Notes: generated from the sequence alone by a model not told the origin. 64,000 bases of DNA from Octopus sinensis (GCF_006345805.1 NC_043015.1:11408001-11472000), one strand, 5' to 3'; positions 1 to 13,779 are shown, counted from the first letter of the stretch. Translations and numbers: made by a program.

Positions 1-47
<47 letters not shown>

Positions 48-110
48 ATATATATATATTTATTTATTTATATATATTTATATACATATTTATTTATATA
101 TATATATATA
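1..110. repeat. (TA)n microsatellite, imperfect
   Basis: Direct dinucleotide run at the window start. Confidence 0.95.
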
Positions 111-385
111 AGTTATAAACAAATAACATTTTCGGTTCCCATTTTTCTATGTATAAGAGATATGTTTTTGTGATGTAGGGTCAGATTATAATAATTGTTT
201 CAAGCTTTGCTACATGGCTGGAAATTTTAGGGGAAGGCGTTTGTGGGAGTCGAGTAACCTACGTATTCTATTTGTTTCATCAGCAACGAAAAGATGAAAA
301 GAAACAAGATAAAGCGCTAAGGATTTCGTTCGATGCTCTAACTATTCTGCAGCTTCCCGGCCATAATTCTGATAGTAATAATACT

Positions 386-552
386 TTCTACTGTAGGCAA
401 AAGGCCTGAAATTGGAGCGGAGCAAGTCGATCATATCGACCCCCAATACTCAACTAGTACTTATTTAATCGACCGCGAAATTATGAAATTAAAATCGACC
501 TCGGCGGAATATGAGCTCAGAACGTAAAGACGGCCAAAATGCCACTAGGCAT
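386..552 (-). mobile_element. tRNA-derived SINE family B (Meta-domain-like core), diverged copy
   Basis: Matches other copies in the window (19823, 41239, 43972, 62036), including tcgacctcggcggaatatgagctcagaacg and the tail variant ttctactgtaggcaaaaggcctgaaat. Confidence 0.8.
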
Positions 553-662
553 ATTATAATAATAATGTTTCTTTTTGCATTTATAGTATTACGTTTGGTT
601 AGTATTTAATTATTAATACCTAAAGGTAATCTTTATAGCTAATGAAATATATATGCCTTTAA

Positions 663-861
663 GAACACCGAATACTGCGTTACATACATTGAGAGGTCCT
701 CTCATATAGACGTACAGTACATAAAACCACGCACATAGATCGTAGCCGACGTTGTTTGTCTATGATAGGCGCCGGAATTTCCATATCACGTTACTCCAGT
801 CTACTAAAACCCATCAGTTGGAAGCATCTGGTCACTGCCTGCCGGCGAATATTCGGTGCAC
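663..861. mobile_element. Possible small MITE with TAA target duplication (PIF/Harbinger-like)
   Basis: Inverted ends gaacaccgaatact / atattcggtgcac, flanked by TAA on both sides (660-662, 862-864). The TIR match is short. Confidence 0.35.
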
Positions 862-2460
862 TAACAAAGCATCCATGTTTAGTTGGATAAAAGAATTACC
901 ATTTAGTAATTTCTCACTTTCTTATTATAACCACACCTGACACCGTTATACAACCAGTACTTTGTAGCCTTTGATTTTTGTAGTATTCAAATTTTCACTA
1001 GCTTTTGGTAAAACGTGTGTTCTATTTTGTTATATTAATAATATGTTTTTTTTTTCATATAGATGGCATCTAAAAGAGCTTTATCTTTAGGATACTTATA
1101 TTTTCATCACTTTATATAAGTTCATATTTAGCGAGTGGGAGGAAGTATACTCTTTGCCGAAGATCTGCAAAGTGACTGAAACATAATTTAAACATAACTC
1201 TAAATCCTGGGCAAGCAATAAATTATTCAACAACTTATTTAGGAATAAATCTTTCAATACCGCATTTATTCTCTACTTAAGATTCTGAATCTCTTTCCAT
1301 AAAACACACTAACCTTAATTTTGATTTTCTTTTCAACGTTGACTGCTTCCTATAACAACTTTTCATGTGAAGTCCTCTAACTGAGCCTGTTCTTTTTATT
1401 GGATAACAGTAAACAGATACAGCTCTACTTTAGTTTCTTCAAAAAGCGTAAGAAGCAACGTCATCCAAATTTGTCCACAATTTACCCAACTATTGAATGT
1501 ATTTTATACTTGTCGTCTTTCTACTTTGATCATTTACAATATTTGATAATTTGATAGTGGAAATATTATGTCTGACGATGGCAATGCTCCATATGCATTT
1601 TGATTATCTCTTAACCGAGGGCTAAAGATTTTGTGTGGATATTATAATTACCATATTTTAAAGCGATAAAAGGATTATAAATACGATTGTATTTACCCAT
1701 TTCATAGCAAATGATATCAAGTATATTCAAACCAGATCATCGGTTAAAATTTGAGAAATATTTCTCGTTCTGTAAAATCAAGTGTACTTTACCCCAACTA
1801 GAGCCCGAATTTGCATCTTCTTGGATGGTAATTGCTTTTGCACGGGATGAAGTTCTAAGTTAATCCCTTAATTTCAGCATACTTATACTTCAATTTGAAA
1901 TGACAAGTTGTGTATTACTCCACTGAAAACAATAAATATTATTTTACGAAGTTGAAGCTGCTTAAAGAAATAAATAAAATTGGACAAGTCTTCTGCAATA
2001 CATAAAAAGTGAAAATTATATTTTTTGTAATATGATGTTAATTTAAATGGACAATAATATGTAACGAAGTAAAATTACAAAAGAGAAGAAATTGAACATT
2101 CATGTAGTAAATGGCAATTTCAATATGGAGTGCACATAGTGCAAGTAAGATGAAATATGAAACCGGAAATAAATTAGTAAGACAAAATTTTGATATACGT
2201 TCGTGAACTTTGAAATGTAAATGTAATTGACAATTTTATTCAATTAGTGAAATAAACAATATACAGAATTTCTAAAAAGTCTGAGATGGAAAACATAGTT
2301 CGTAATAATGCAATTTCTGCAAAAATGAAAAACGATGGAAATTATATTAAAGTAGCTAAAGTTCGATTTGTGCCTGTGTATGTGTTTATGGTCATATATA
2401 ATATTAGTAGTGAGTATTGTATGCGATGTGAGTTTTGAGAAATAGAGACTAAGCGTTTGA

Positions 2461-2461
2461 A

Positions 2462-2504
<43 letters not shown>

Positions 2505-2869
2505 AACAGAATGAGACTCAGAAATTCAGAGGGAGAAAGAGGTGGCGGGCAGAGGAGTAAAGGGCGAGGAAGTGTTAGAGAATTGGACAGAACTCTAGTA
2601 TAATTCATCAACGGAAAATTTATGCTGTAAATGTACACAAATGAGTGTGTGTGTATGTGTGTATGTGTGAGTGTGTGCCCAAGACCTTGCGGGAAGTCTG
2701 TCAGTTATTTGTGTGTTTGCGTACATATACGTATGTGCATCAGTATACATCTGTGTATTGTTGTGCTTTTCGTGTGTATATATATACATAAATATATTAA
2801 CTTTTATTGTTTTTCATTTTGTTTTTATTTCTATTTTCGATTTGCCCAACTATCTATACATATACAAAC

Positions 2870-2926
<57 letters not shown>

Positions 2927-3126
2927 TGTGTGTGTGTGAGTGTGTGCGTGTGTGTGTGTGTATATGTATGTATGTATATATATTGATAGATTCTAAATAT
3001 TGGTGTTTGTGTATCTATAGAACAAAAGTGCTTATGGCAACATATAGCAGAATTAAGATTTAAATCACCCGCACACATACAGAGGAACACAACATACACA
3101 CACATTCACACGTGTAAGTATGTATG

Positions 3127-3159
<33 letters not shown>

Positions 3160-3271
3160 ATGCGTGTATATATATACATATATATGTGTATGTGTGTGTG
3201 TGTGTGTGTGTGTATGTGTGTGTGTGTGTATATGTATGTATGTATATATATGTGTGTGTGTGTGTATGTGC

Positions 3272-3315
<44 letters not shown>

Positions 3316-3345
3316 AGAGTGAAGAGAGAAACAGAGGCAGACAGA
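2461..3345. repeat. Compound (AG)n/(TG)n/(TA)n microsatellite cluster
   Basis: Direct; accounts for the VCVC/YIYI ORFs. Confidence 0.95.
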
Positions 3346-4320
3346 GATAAAGAGAGGAAAATAAAAAAGGAAAATGTTGAATATAATATTATTATTCCGA
3401 AATAATCATTTTAGCATTGTAGACGCCAAAGAAGAATGAAATCATACCTTCTTGTCTATGTCTCTATGCTATATCTAACGGCGTTACATAAAACTGAACA
3501 TTATTTTTTTTTAAATAGGATTTACTGGCATACTCAATATAAGTTGTGAATATTGCACTTAGGCTTTCTATATAAATGTAAAGCCAAGTTCCCTGCCTAG
3601 ATAACGTATTCTTGTAAGCTGATGGTGAAAAATGTTTTTATTCTTTATGTGAGGGTAAAAGATATGTTTTGTGTATATAAGAATGATTCGTATAGAAGTT
3701 GTAGCTAACAAACACAAACACGCACTTATATGTGTGTAAGACAGTGCAGATTGAAGACTATAGGAAATTTGAAGTAGATGTCGCCAGAGACATTTATTAG
3801 AGCCTTTGATTACACACACTCAGCAAAATTTTTGCAAAGTAATGAATCGGTAAATTACGCATTTTTTAAAATTCGGTGTTTCTTTTAGCTGTAATCTGAA
3901 AACTACACATGATTAACAAGAAAAAACATCATACAGTGATTTATGATAAAGAATTATTTTGAAAACAACTATTATTCAAACGGAAAAGGTAGGTAATTGT
4001 ACTGAGTGAGAAACGTTGGGAACACAATGCGTGTAAGAACATCACAAGACAGTTAAGGAATAATACTAAGCGCAAGACACGCACATACACACATATATAG
4101 TTACATGCATACATACATATCCAGATTACAAGTACAGGTTTATACCTGTAATTGTTGGGCATTGTGATATGTAGCATACTGCGTAAATACTAATCTTGAG
4201 AAATTAGGCTTCTCTAAACCGGAAAGGAAAAAGCTGATTTGAGGACTACGGATTCAAGCCATCACTTCAAATTTTAAAATCTGTAAATGTTTCCAGAACT
4301 TTATCATTCAAGTATATATA

Positions 4321-4691
4321 CAGTTGCGTCAGAAATTAATTAGCACTTCTCAAATTTCTACATTAAATAGGTTAAATCAATTAACCTATGAGCTGTTCAA
4401 AACGTCTTACGCGATGAGAAAACTTAGTATGGTGTCCTTGCGAGGCGTTACCTATATCTATTAAACAAAGGAAGATTTGTCTGCATCCGCACTCCAAGTT
4501 GTTGTTGCACTGCTATGTCAACATCATAAGGCTGTAGACTCTCAAACTGCTCTGCAAACAAAGTTACGTCATCGTTCTGCGCAACAGTGAACTCGCAACA
4601 AAGCAATAGTTCGAGATATGGCCACTAGGTGACAGCACATACCTTGAGTGAAGAGCAAATCAAGGATGCTAATTAATTTCTGACGGTAGTG
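4321..4691. mobile_element. Tc1/mariner-type MITE
   Basis: ~25-bp TIRs cagttgcgtcagaaattaattagca / tgctaattaatttctgacggtagtg, TA on both flanks, no coding capacity. Confidence 0.8.
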
Positions 4692-4765
4692 TATGAACAT
4701 GTTTAGACGTTTATCTATATGCATGAGAAGACATACATAAAGCAAAACTTACAAAGTTGAACATA

Positions 4766-4815
4766 TACATATACATACATACATACATACATACATACAT
4801 ACATACATACATACA

Positions 4816-4849
<34 letters not shown>

Positions 4850-4861
4850 CAAACATACATA
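4766..4861. repeat. (CATA)n microsatellite
   Basis: Direct. Confidence 0.95.
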
Positions 4862-5949
4862 CAAAAATATCCTGTTGCTGATGTCGAAATTCCAATGAAG
4901 GAATTCGTGTTAGAAACCAGCTTTTTCTCTATTGGAAAGAAATCATGAAAGAAACTGAACAAATACATACATACATGCACACATACATGATACATACATA
5001 CATTCATATATACAAACATACATACGTACAAAGATACCCTGTTGATATTGAAATTCCAGTAAAGCCTTGGGTCTGGGTTAGAAACCGGCTCTTTTTCTAT
5101 TGGTAACATCTTTAAATAAATCTGAATAATGACATGCATGCAGGCATGCGCATACACATATACGCACGCACACACATATATGAGCATGCGCACACATTCA
5201 CATGCTGCTAATACATAGTATTGTCATTATTATTAAAGCAACAAATGGCTTTTGAAATTATTGTATTTCTGTTTCCGAATGATATTAATAATATTTACAG
5301 AAACATTTCTTTATGATTTATTCAATATTAGATTTAGATGGATTCTTCTACCTCCTTCTAAGGTTTGAAATGAAAATTATATTTGTGGTGCTTAATAGTA
5401 ATATACGCACGTCATTTATCAAATTCTTCTGATCTGTGTTCAGGTTTATACATTTCAATTATATTTTTCGACTCTCTGTTCTTAATTTCATACATTTGTG
5501 TATCATTGTGGTCAAACACATTTTCGAAGTATTGTGAGTTTGGATTAAAATCAACTCTGCAAATCCAACATGTAATAATTAATAATTTTGTCACCTCTCA
5601 TCAAAACGTTACAGCCGAATGCTTATCCATCTGGGTTAAAAGGAAATGTTGAATCTCATGGGAGTCTGAAACCAATTACTGAGAAACCCAATCAATTGAT
5701 GAGGAATGGCTATTTAAAATCAAGCAAACTTCCCGCTTATAGATTCAAAAAGGTCCAACATGATCTAAAGCATACGAATTACAACTACAGAAATAAATTG
5801 AAAGCAAAATGGATTTGATTGCCTTTGAAGTAGCAAACAAGCATTCTTCTATATGATGGATATTTGCCAATGAATTTTAATGGCAGGAAAATTACGAATA
5901 ACTCAAAACTATAGGACATTAAACTGCAGGAATGATTAAATAAACTGAA

Positions 5950-6100
5950 GAAACATTTCCTGGACTTCTTCAGTAATCTGTCAAATGTTTAATATTGACC
6001 AACAGAAGTAGGTGATTTCAATGTTGTTAAAATCACTGTCGTCTTGAAAACAGCTCCAATGAGGACCGCAAATTGATTTGATAACATACCATTGGATGCA
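5950..6100 (+). pseudogene. Decayed LINE (RTE-like) RT N-terminal fragment
   Basis: Manual translation HFLDFFSNLSNV*Y*PTEVGDFNVVKITVVLKTAPMRTAN*FDNIP resembles the LINE region leading to the K.A.G.D.IP motif. It contains stops. Confidence 0.3.
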
Positions 6101-7930
6101 TCCTATGACATATTCATTTTATTTTGTAAAACATCAAGTATACCATCAAGATCCAATTTAGAAATTTGATTAGGGTTGTATAATCCCTCACCTCAAGAGA
6201 AGTAAATGAGGACTGATTAAAACTTAGTGGGGTTACTTTTATTGTGATAGCAGGAAAAATCTCCAACAATTTGCAATTGATCTGTATAGAATCGGTATTC
6301 AAATTTATAAGTAAAAACTTAAACGCTTTTATGATAAATAGTAGGCTTGGCCAATAAAAACAGTCATTAAGAAACCCTGTATGGATACAAGATAAGACAT
6401 TATTGAGCGCTCGAAGTTTATACGGGGACCTGATATTTTGTGGTCGACTAAGCAAACTCGTGTAAATTCGATCATGTGATTACGGGAGATAGATTTAAGT
6501 AATTTGTTTTGTTAAGTAATTTTTCTTGTTTCTCATGTAGGCTATTATATTTCCACAAAGCCTTTCAACTTTTTGTGACATTTAAGACATTTTTTTCGTA
6601 TTGCATATTTTAATTTGGAATGATTGTATGATGAAGGAAATTTCAGTTAACTATTATGTCTGGGAGGTCACAATGAAAGGATTCTTGAATCGTAGTTCTT
6701 AAGGAGCAGGTGCATATTTGTTTTTATATCCTAATAGTATACTGCATCAGTTCAAATGAGGCGTTTCAGTAAATGAATTTAACAAGTTCCTTTGTCTACC
6801 TTCCGTAGATTTCTAAAGTGATGGTGACTGGACGGTATATATTAGATGATTGGTGAAGTAGTACGAATCCACAATTAATACCGGAGATTTAATATAATAG
6901 ATGCTCTCTTCTATATTATTAGGAAATGTATTACAAAACGTAAATGTAAACGAATCCATAAAACATCAATTTGATAGAAGAGTAGAATTAATAGAATTAT
7001 AAACTAAGGTTTCTGTAAAGGTAAAAGAAAACGATAGCATTTGAGACAATGACATAGAGTAAATATAAAGCTTGTAATACGATAAAGAAGCATAGAATAA
7101 ACATTGTAACTTTCAGCTCCTTTTCTCGGCAAAAATGTAATTTGGGGATTTTCGCTTTCCTTTTGTGTTAAGATGTGTAACACTTTGACGATATAATAGT
7201 TCTTTACTCTTAACAGTAAATGAATAAATATATCAGTGCAGATGATATTTGACAACATAACATGCAAAGAAAATCAATCGGAGATTCTGATATCATTGAA
7301 AAGGCCACAGTAGTGTGATGAAAACTGAAGAGAACTTCTGTCAGTGTGTGTGTGTGCTTATTGGAACTTCCAGTTTTTCAAAATTAAAACATTATCTGTG
7401 ATAATGTTTTACACGGTCTTCGATCAATATTCTTTCAAATGAAATTCAAATACGAAATATCACAAGTTTCAAATAAATCAGTATGAAGACGGAAAAAAAT
7501 ATATATTTTATGTTGTGTGAAAAAAAAAAAGACACTTCCACGACTACACTCGTTAACTGCTAATCTTCCAAGCTATCTAAAAGAACTCCATCAACTCCGC
7601 GATGGAAACATTACTGTCTGTTATTTAGTGTTAATACTAGCATGTAAACAATAAAGGCAATTCTACAATAAACCAAAAGCTGATAAAATAACGGTAGCAC
7701 CGATTAAAACATCAACAACATAAGTGATAAACTAGCGAGGAGCTGAGATAACCTCAGATATTTGCTGGAATTGTTATGACACAAAATGGAAAACAATTAC
7801 ATCAGAGAATATGGTGGCAAACAGGTGGACAAAGAACAAGCATCACTTAAATCATCAACTTACTTATATAATTTTTTAATAAGTCAGTAATATTGCTTTC
7901 AAATGTTATTACAAGTCAAACGATTTCCGG

Positions 7931-8174
7931 AGAGTGAGTAACTCAATCGACACTAGTCATCAACTGGTTCTTACTTTATCGACCCCGAAAGAATGAAAGG
8001 CGAAGTTGACCTCGGCGGAATTTGAACTCAAAACCCAGCGGCAGACGAAATACCTTTAAGTATTTTGCTCGACGTGCAAATGATTTTTATTTCTTTATTG
8101 TACACAAGTGGCTAAACATAGAAGAGACAATCAAGGACAGACAAACGTATTAAGTCGATCACATCGACTCCAGT
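7931..8174 (-). mobile_element. SINE family B, two joined partial units
   Basis: Core ctttatcgaccccgaaagaatgaaaggcgaagttgacctcggcggaatttgaactc and part of the head, abutting the tail of a second unit (tttctttattgtacacaagtggctaaac). Confidence 0.8.
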
Positions 8175-8580
8175 TTGATGCTACTGTAGCTTGTAGCCCC
8201 AGGAAGATATCTCCTCTAGCTGGCAATTGACACATTTTTTTGCCCTATGAGTATTTGTAAAGGAAAGTCATCTTCTCCATCTCAAGATCAGTGATTTTTC
8301 GTCACTGGAAAAGTGAATACATATGTATATATATATATATATATTTGCATTGAGAACCACTTCCCATCGCCAATCTGTCGTTGTCACACGCTGATGATGG
8401 GTCAATAATCAGAAACTCGGGTCCGTGTGTATCACGTCAGGCTGGAGATTGGAAAGATGACTTCCCTTTGCAAATACTGATTGGGCACAGATAGTGTGTC
8501 GATAGCTGCTGGAGGAGATGTCTTCCTGGGACTACAAACATCAACCCTTAAGGGTTAGCCACATTTAGGTGGGAAATATT
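8175..8580 (+). mobile_element. Hammerhead-bearing short repeat family H1 (retrozyme/PLE-like), copy 1, with ~105-bp inverted arm
   Basis: 8175-8283 is the reverse complement of 8444-8544; central HHR; homologous to 36365-36678. Confidence 0.75.
8385..8429 (+). ncRNA. Type I hammerhead ribozyme (H1)
   Basis: cacacg CTGATGA tgggt-caat-aatca GAAAC tcgg GTC cgtgtg. Perfect 6-bp helix I, intact core, helix II with one mismatch and one wobble, predicted cleavage after 8423. Confidence 0.8.
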
Positions 8581-9499
8581 CTTCAAGACACACACACATA
8601 TATATATATATATATACATATAGTTTACTAATATTTTCATCACTATTGTTGCTTTGTTGTATGATATAGTGCAATGTTCTTATCGCTGTTGTACGGGCAG
8701 GCTGAGCCGGCAGGAAAGTTTCGTATTGTATGGCAAGTACATAACATTTCATTGCTATATAGTACAGTATTAGCTTATACTCCAGACATAAACATATATA
8801 AATATGCGTGTATGTGTGAATGCATGTGCGTATGTGTGTTTGTGTGTAGATGTGTGTGAGTTGTATATGTATATATGCATGTGTATATATATGTATGTAT
8901 GCATGTATGTATATATATATATGTGGGTGTACGTATGTATGTATGTATGTATGTATATCGTGCAACTTCGTTTCGATGTTAGTTGTTTTCTAAGGATATG
9001 TGCACAAAATAAAGAGGATATTTATATATCATTCTACTTCAAAACAATGAATATTACAGGTAATAAAGCTAGGATTCAGTTATACAGAAAAGATGTTAAT
9101 AGTTAGACGGAATTGTGTTTGATCTAATATACGAAAGTTATGAATCAAAATTAGATTTGTGAAAACATTTTTCTGAGCCTAACATTCTGAAAGAGAACAA
9201 CTGAGAAACGACTTCACATTTTAATTCAAGGCGTGATAAAATTTAATTAAACTTTTAGTTTAACAGAAAGTTACTATTATTATTTGGTTTACGTATACGA
9301 ATAAATATGAATTCAAGTTTCGAGAGATCAAAGACTCTTTCGTGTTTACACTTTCTAACAATGAGCTAGCTCTGTCGCTCTTAATCTCGCTCCCTCTCTG
9401 TCGTTTTCCCCACTTTTCCTCACACTCTCACCTTCTACTCACTCTCTCCATATATATTTCCATCTTTTTAACTCTCACGCATGTATGCAAGTGTGCGGC

Positions 9500-9915
<416 letters not shown>

Positions 9916-10884
9916 CATATATGTAATTAATACCAACTGGAAAAAAAGTCAATACCGTAATATTATAAAAGAGTGAAAAGTATTTTATTTAGTTCAACCA
10001 TAATGAGCTCATTTTCTATCTTTCTCTCTCTCCCTCTCACTCTCTGTCTCACTATCACTCTCTCACTCACTCTCTGTCTCTCACTCTGTCCCTCAGGCAC
10101 CTGTACTCTCTTTTCGCTGTTTTTTTTTTCCTTTTTTTTGTCTATCTGTCATTGACCCCCCTCTTTCCGAAAGAAATTGGCTGTCGTGTGACCAGAAGGT
10201 GTTTGTTCTTCGCCAGATGTTAAGTTGCCCAAGAGACACTCTACGTCACGAGATACTGAAGTTTAAAGCCTAAGGAAAGAGATACATCTTTGTCTGTGTG
10301 AATGTGTGTATATTCTCTAGTTTGTATGTGTATGTTTGCATACATGTAGGTATGTGTATGTATAACAGTATGTGTGTATGTGTGTCTGTGTGTCTGTGTG
10401 TATGCATGCGTGTGTGTGTGTGTGTGTGCGTATATGAATAAGATTAATCGTTACAAAAAGACAGAAGACCGGGAGAGTCTGGGAGAATTTGATTATTTAA
10501 ATGAAATATTTACTATTTGCCATCTTATCAGAATAAAAACATGTCATCAACACACATGTTTTGTATTTTTTTTTATTATATTGTTCAAGTTTCATAAATA
10601 TTTTCCCATAAATACTCGTACTAGTTCAGTTCATACTTCCAGACATAAATGTCTTTGCAGTCTACAACTCAAGTATTCTGTTTTGCGTTATGCAATGTTT
10701 ATAAACAGTAGCTGTGGTTTGTACGAAGTTTGGCTGTTATTTCTAGAAGTTTTAGCTTGTATACAGTAGATCCCTTTTTTCATAGAAATGTACCAAATTA
10801 CATTTTGTGTGAGACGTAAAATTGATCAGATATTTTCCATTTTGAATATTGAACGTAAAATAATAAATAAAAAAAAACAATCGT

Positions 10885-11212
10885 GAAGTACTAGACAAAT
10901 AGATTCAACAAATTGCCAAAGTGATTCGCCTCGAATTGTCAAACCAGACGAGAGCCGCCTAGACGAGCAGCACATTTTTAAAATGTGCATATATGGTAAG
11001 CTAACAAAGCAGCAAGGGAGGGTAATCAGTGTACTGTGAAACCAGTTGAAATTGGATCACAATGGTTCGTAAATGCTTAAACCTGTCTATTCGAGCTGTT
11101 GGGTATCAAAGACTGCAGAAGAACTGCCAAAATCAAACGCTAGTCTGACGTTGAGGAAAACAGCTCAATGTGTACATGGGCGACGAGAAATGACAGGTGG
11201 ACCAAGTTATGA
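10885..11212 (+). pseudogene. Decayed restriction-like endonuclease C-terminus of an RLE-type non-LTR retrotransposon (HERO/NeSL/R4-like)
   Basis: Manual translation across two frameshifts: KVIRLELS/PDESRLDEQHIFKMCIYGKL/REGNQCTVKPVEIGSQWF...LFELLGIK...SDVEENSSMCTWATRNDRW. This matches the remembered RLE pattern VI.LELT.P.E...K..KY..L...PVEVG..GF...LLGI...S.WIW..R. Confidence 0.6.
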
Positions 11213-11675
11213 AATCCATTGGTTATTTACAGGAATAGAAGGAAGAAGAGAACTAGTTCCTTCGTCAGTCAGAGTGACCTAGTGGGCTACAACACAGCCC
11301 TGGAAACACAAGTTCACAACATGAACGACCCATGTTCAAATCCCGCTGGACGCAGAATTTTGGAAAGTAGCAGGAAGAAATCTATGTATCAAGACCTGAT
11401 TGGGTCTGGTTTCTGTACAGTGTCTAACATAAGGGCCGAAACACTTGTCGGATAGGAATTCTTCCTCTTAAAATGCCTGTTGCTGTACGCTCGCCTTGCG
11501 GCGAGTTTCTGTTGTTTGTTTGAGTAGTATGAGAAAAAATTATTCTCTTTACTTCTACTTATATTTCACCATGGAGGAATGTACTAGTGTAAAGAAGATT
11601 TTTAACACTTTAACTACGGTGATAGGCGAAGTTAACAAGTGTGTCAGTAACATGAGAAGACTAGTTTAAGCCTTC

Positions 11676-11713
<38 letters not shown>

Positions 11714-12266
11714 AAAAGACGACCGTTACAGAAAAAGTAAGAGGCATTTCTTTATAGTAGAGATGTTGCTTTGATGTGAATACACCATAGAATGGAATAT
11801 AGTTCGTGCCATCAGGGAAAGAGGATTATCATCGGAGGGAGAAATTCTACCATCTTCTTTCGCAGGATACTTATAGTGTGATTAGTGATTGGGATAGAAA
11901 TGAGGTAAGGTAGCAAAAGGATGAGGGTTCGAATTTATATTGAGAGGGACAGTGGTCTAAGTGAGCAGAAAATGAATCAAATTCCAACAGATCTGAAGGT
12001 CTCTGTGTGGAGATAATAAGACAATGCCAGGGAAATGCTATATAGTCGAGCCAAGAAGTCACATCCTTTACACAAATACACATACGAGGTGGTATGGAAG
12101 TTGGGAAATTTTTTGGTACAATCTCGTAAACGTACAGGAATGCGTGAATGTATATATATACTCAACGAAAACTGTCCGACGAACGGGAAGTGAAACTTTG
12201 AGTAACAGTTTTCGCGATGTCTTTGCAGCTTTAATAATATAGTATATATACTTACCTCTACACAAC

Positions 12267-12323
<57 letters not shown>

Positions 12324-12324
12324 C

Positions 12325-12427
12325 AAAATGCTTGCTTTGTAACGTGGACAATTGCTCTCTGCTATAGCCTCTGGCCTACCAAATCTTTGTGAGTAGATTT
12401 GGTAGTCGGAGCTAAAAGAAGGCGGTC
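12325..12427 (+). mobile_element. SINE family A fragment, diverged
   Basis: ctatagcctctggcctaccaaatctttgtgagtagatttggtagtcggagctaaaagaaggcggtcg aligns to the family A body at 23788-24177. Confidence 0.65.
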
Positions 12428-12437
12428 GTGTGTGTGT

Positions 12438-12496
<59 letters not shown>

Positions 12497-12755
12497 ATCT
12501 TTGTATATGTGTTTGACCCACTCCAGCTATAGACAAACATGTTGGTATGTTTAGGACGCCTTAAATTAACGGTCTGGTAAAATAAGCATCATGTTTCAAA
12601 ATCAGTTCTGAGGCAAATTCCTTCCACTAAAACACTCCAAGGCGTTGTCCGGCATAGCATCAATTGAAATAATCGAAGCAAACAAGACATATGATATACA
12701 TACATACACACATACACACACACACATATATATATATATATATGTATATATATAA

Positions 12756-12990
12756 TCATTATCATCATCATCATCATCATCATCATCATATGACGTCCGT
12801 TGTCCATACTGGCAATGGTTGGATGGATTGTCTGGCCTGGCACACTGGAAGGCTGCACCAAATTCCAGTCTGATTTGGCATCGTTTTCTACGGCTGGATG
12901 CCCTTACTAACGTCAAACATTCTGAGAGTGTAATAGGTGCATTTACGTACCACTGGTACGTTTGCCATTTGTGTAATACTGGGGTGCGTT
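12756..12990 (-). mobile_element. Retroposon 3' part with (ATG)n tail (SINE or LINE 3' UTR, probably RTE-mobilised)
   Basis: (CAT)n run followed by GC-richer body with ctacggctggatgcccttactaacg, a motif I recognise from invertebrate SINEs. Family name not assigned. Confidence 0.55.
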
Positions 12991-13711
12991 TACGTGCCAC
13001 ATGCCGTGCAATGGAACTAAACTAGAACACATGATGTTGGAAAGTGAGCTATACTAACAAAGTATACTGTCATACTTTATCTATTAATACAGTGTACAAT
13101 CGCCAACAACTTGGAATTTTACCAACGCAACTATTGCGATCTGTTGTTGCATGACAAAAAAAGATATTCTTGAGAACCTAGATTCGTATACGTAAACACA
13201 CACATACACACACACATGCGTACGTATATATATGTTCATGTATAGGTATACGTTTATATGGGTATTTATTTTACATACTTTGATATTAAAATGCTCTGTA
13301 TCAACTCGGTTACCTTCGTGACACCACTTAGCTACTGTCAATCGACCATCACGAATATGTACTCGGATAACTTTGTGTATCGGATGGATTTGATGGTCAT
13401 ATTAAATACATACACGCATGCATACAAACGCACGCACGCACAGTCACACACATACACACAAACACACACACAACCACACAGAAACACACACAGACATATA
13501 GATTTACATATAAAATTATATATATTTGTGCGCGCGTGTATATGTGTGTGTGTGTGTATTTGATGTAATACATTCACGTTTGTACGAAAACTCTTAAACG
13601 TATTTTATACGAACATACATTCATACTATTATATTTAGATATATATATATATATACATTTATATTCATACGCGCACGCCCACACACACACATACACACAC
13701 ACAGATATATA

Positions 13712-13779
13712 GGCACAGCGTGGCTGTGTGGCAAGAATTTGCTTTTCAACCACATGGTTCCAGGTTCTTCCCCACTGCG
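13712..13779 (+). mobile_element. SINE family A tRNA-like head only
   Basis: ggcacagcgtggctgtgtggcaagaa...ggttccaggttcttccccactgcg, with A-box and B-box-like motifs. Confidence 0.7.

Noticed and set aside
2342-3405. Many ORFs rich in VCVC, YIYI, HTHT (also near 8.5-9.9, 12-13, 33.8-34.9, 40.2-40.7, 51.5, 54.1 and 59.2 kb)
   Set aside because: Translations of stop-free dinucleotide and tetranucleotide microsatellites; not genes.
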